This document shows positions 61,725-64,000 of a stretch of 64,000 nucleotides of DNA, in pieces. The translations under genes were made by a program, and so were the position numbers. The notes beneath the pieces are model-generated. The model did not search any database. It was not told the DNA's origin and saw only the letters and a list, made by a program, of their open reading frames with translations. Where the stretch lies: contig CAWCPV010000019.1 of assembly GCA_963797555.1 (NCBI GenBank), forward strand, positions 11,117-75,116. The letters run 5' to 3'. This DNA is from an uncultured Gammaproteobacteria bacterium (GTDB lineage: Bacteria; Pseudomonadota; Gammaproteobacteria; CAWCPV01). Each line of letters begins with the position of its first letter. Positions within the stretch are counted from its first letter, which is position 1.

Positions 61725-64000
61725 TTACGAATGACAACGGTACTTAGGCACCGTGATCGGCCGGGGAGGCGCCCCGCTCTCGTATATCTCCCACATCATG
61801 CGGTAGGCCCGCTCCAGGTGGCGGGCGAACCGCTCCGTGTCGAACAACGGGCACTGCAGGCGGTTCTTTCGCAGCTTGGCGCGCACCGCTGCCAATGCCT
61901 CCGGACAGGTGGCAAGCTCCACCGCCAATCGCTCATACTCGTCGAGGCTCTCGACTATCGAGCTCCCGCAGCCCGGCGGCGGACAGTAGGCTCGCCGCCA
62001 CACGCGCCGCTAAGGCATCTCCTGGGCGCGTGAGTACGGGAACTCCCGCCCATAGAGCGTCGCTCGCGGTCGTATGGGCATTGTATGTCAGGGTGTCCAG
62101 GAACAGATCCGCCAGGCCCACGCGCTCCAAGTGCAGATCCTTGGGCTGCCAGCCGGCGAAAACGAGCCGCTCGCCTTCGATGCCGCGGGCTCGCGCCTCT
62201 TGGCGCAGCGCGCTGGCGACGCCGGCGTACTCGAGCAGCCACAATACGCTGCCCGGCACGCGGCGAAGGATGCTCATCCAGACCTCGAACACCGACGGCT
62301 CGATCTTGCGGCTGCTATTGAAGCAGCAGAACACCACACCGCCTTCGGGAAGGCCGTGATCTGAGCGCCGCGTGCCGGTCTCGGCAATGACCTGCCAGCG
62401 GTCGTTCACCTGGTAGGAGTCCGGCAGATACACGGGCGCTTCCGTATAAAACCGCGCCTGCTGCGGCGGCAGGATTATCGGGTCCACCAGGATGTACTGA
62501 ACCTCTTCCATGCCGAGCGTGCCCGGGTGCCCCAGGTAGGAGACCTGTACCGGCGCCGGCCTGTGAAGCACGATCTCGGGCCGAGAAAGGCGCGTATATC
62601 CCATCAGGTCCACCAACACGTGGATACCATCAGACCGCATGCGCTCGGCCGCCTCCGCGGCATTCGCCGCGGACAGGTCGACGAAAGTGTCGCAGCCCGC
62701 AACGACGTCGCAGTAATACCGGCTCCCATCGTCCCCGTGCAACGCATAGCCGAAAACCTCCACCTGCGCGCGGTCGTGGCGACCGAACAGGCTGCGCATC
62801 AGGTGTGCGGTCGGGTGATTGCGGAAATCGGCCGAGAGGTACCCATTCCGCAGCCGTTCGGCCGGCGGCGGCGCAGCGGGCAGGGCCGGGGCCGTGCCTA
62901 GGCAGCCCCGGAACGCCCGCGCCGACGCCCGAGCGACTCGAAGGCGAAGCTCCCCACTCAGGGGCAGGTGTGCCGTGGAGAACGCGGAGATGGGTGGACT
63001 CTGATTTCGGGCCAACCAATCTTCGACCAACCGGGGCAGCCGCTCGATGAATTCCTGCCGGTGCCCCCAAAGGCAACGCTTGAGCCACTTCAGGTTGAGG
63101 CCGCAATAGTAGCCGGCCGCATCCAGCGTCTCTTCATAATCCGGGGGGCGGTCGTCCTTGAGGCCCCGCTCGGTTCCGGAGCGCAGTGCCGCGAATGCCT
63201 TGGGGTCGGCGCAGCGCACCTCGTCGAACAGAGCATCGGCTTCCTCGAACCGGCCGAGCGCGGCGAGCGCAGCCGCATGATTGAAAGTCGCCGGCAGATG
63301 CGCGGGGTGCGCACCGCGCGCTTGCTCGACACTCGCGAGCGCCTCCTCTGTGCGAGCCAGTTCCAACAACGCCGCCGCCCTGTCTGCCAGAGTGTCAGCG
63401 TCATTCGGGACCACCGCCAGCACAGCATCGGCGGCTGCCAACGCCTCCTCGAACCTCTCCAGGCAAGCCAGGCCGGTAAGGCGGATACGCAGCGCCTCCA
63501 CCGAACGCGGGTCGGTCCGCAGCGCCAATTCCGCACCCCTGATCGCGTCTTGGTATCGATCGAGCAGCAGCAGCGCCATGGCGCAGTTGACCTGCGCCTG
63601 CAGATTCGATGGGGCGCGAGCCAGGGCGGCCTCGGCAGCGGCGAGTCCCTCCTCTGAACGGCCAAGCTTGAGCAGTGCCGATGCGCGGTTGACGAGGGCC
63701 GGTACGTAGCCGGGCCGCAGTGCAAGCGCCCGATCGAACGCTTCGACAGATTCCGCGTAACGCGCGAGCTGGTGCAGTGCGATCCCTTGATTCAGCCACA
63801 GGGCCGGCTCCCCGGGGTAGCCTTGCAAGCCGGCCTCGGCTGCCGTCAGCGCCTCCGGGAAACGCCCGAGGCGCAAGAGCGCCGTGGTCAGGTTCATTAC
63901 CAGGCCGAGGTCTGCCAACCCCCCTGTGGCATTTCCGCGCCAAAGCCGCAGCCTGCTCGAAGCGGCCGAGCTGAACGAGCAGCCCCACCTTGCAGGACAA
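61725..64000 (-). CDS. TPR-repeat O-GlcNAc transferase-like protein (GT41/SPINDLY); 5' end off window, frameshifts at ~61960 and ~63920
   Basis: Multiple TPRs; GYLSADFRNHPT, DLMGYT, RPAPVQVSYLGHPGT, ADLFLDT..YNAHTTASDALWAGVPV, LFDT.RFARHLE. Confidence 0.92.

Noticed and set aside
1-64000. CRISPR array, tRNA or rRNA genes
   Set aside because: No regularly spaced repeats or recognisable structural RNA genes were found by eye.

Overview
GC-rich, probably gammaproteobacterial DNA. It carries scattered single-base indels, including one in essential trpS, which suggests long-read errors on top of real decay. 1-13.3 kb is housekeeping: rluB-scpB-scpA-trpS-M50 protease-yciO, a CbbY-like HAD hydrolase, purC, a psiE-like gene, purEK, ilvA, rpiA and a porin. 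13.7-21.7 kb is a stack of nested dead mobile elements. An ISKra4 is interrupted by a TGT-ended DDE/ExeA element and by an IS110, and the IS110 is itself interrupted by IS1380 and IS630. The IS110 keeps a non-coding end with bridge-RNA-like guide matches to its own junctions. 21.7-64 kb is a large cell-surface glycan island. It holds a strongly expressed candidate S-layer/surface protein and a second, decayed surface protein. It also has two Wzm/Wzt ABC exporters, three sulfotransferase-like domains, several methyltransferases and glycosyltransferases, wecB, a GtrB/WsfD-like lipid-linked sugar cassette, an LpxL/VexE-like acyltransferase and a TPR-GT41 (OGT-like) protein. The best candidate for an undescribed system is a Gram-negative surface-layer glycosylation pathway with sulfate/methyl-decorated glycans, including a sulfotransferase-helical linker-glycosyltransferase fusion. 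All family calls come from motif recognition by eye, not database searches.
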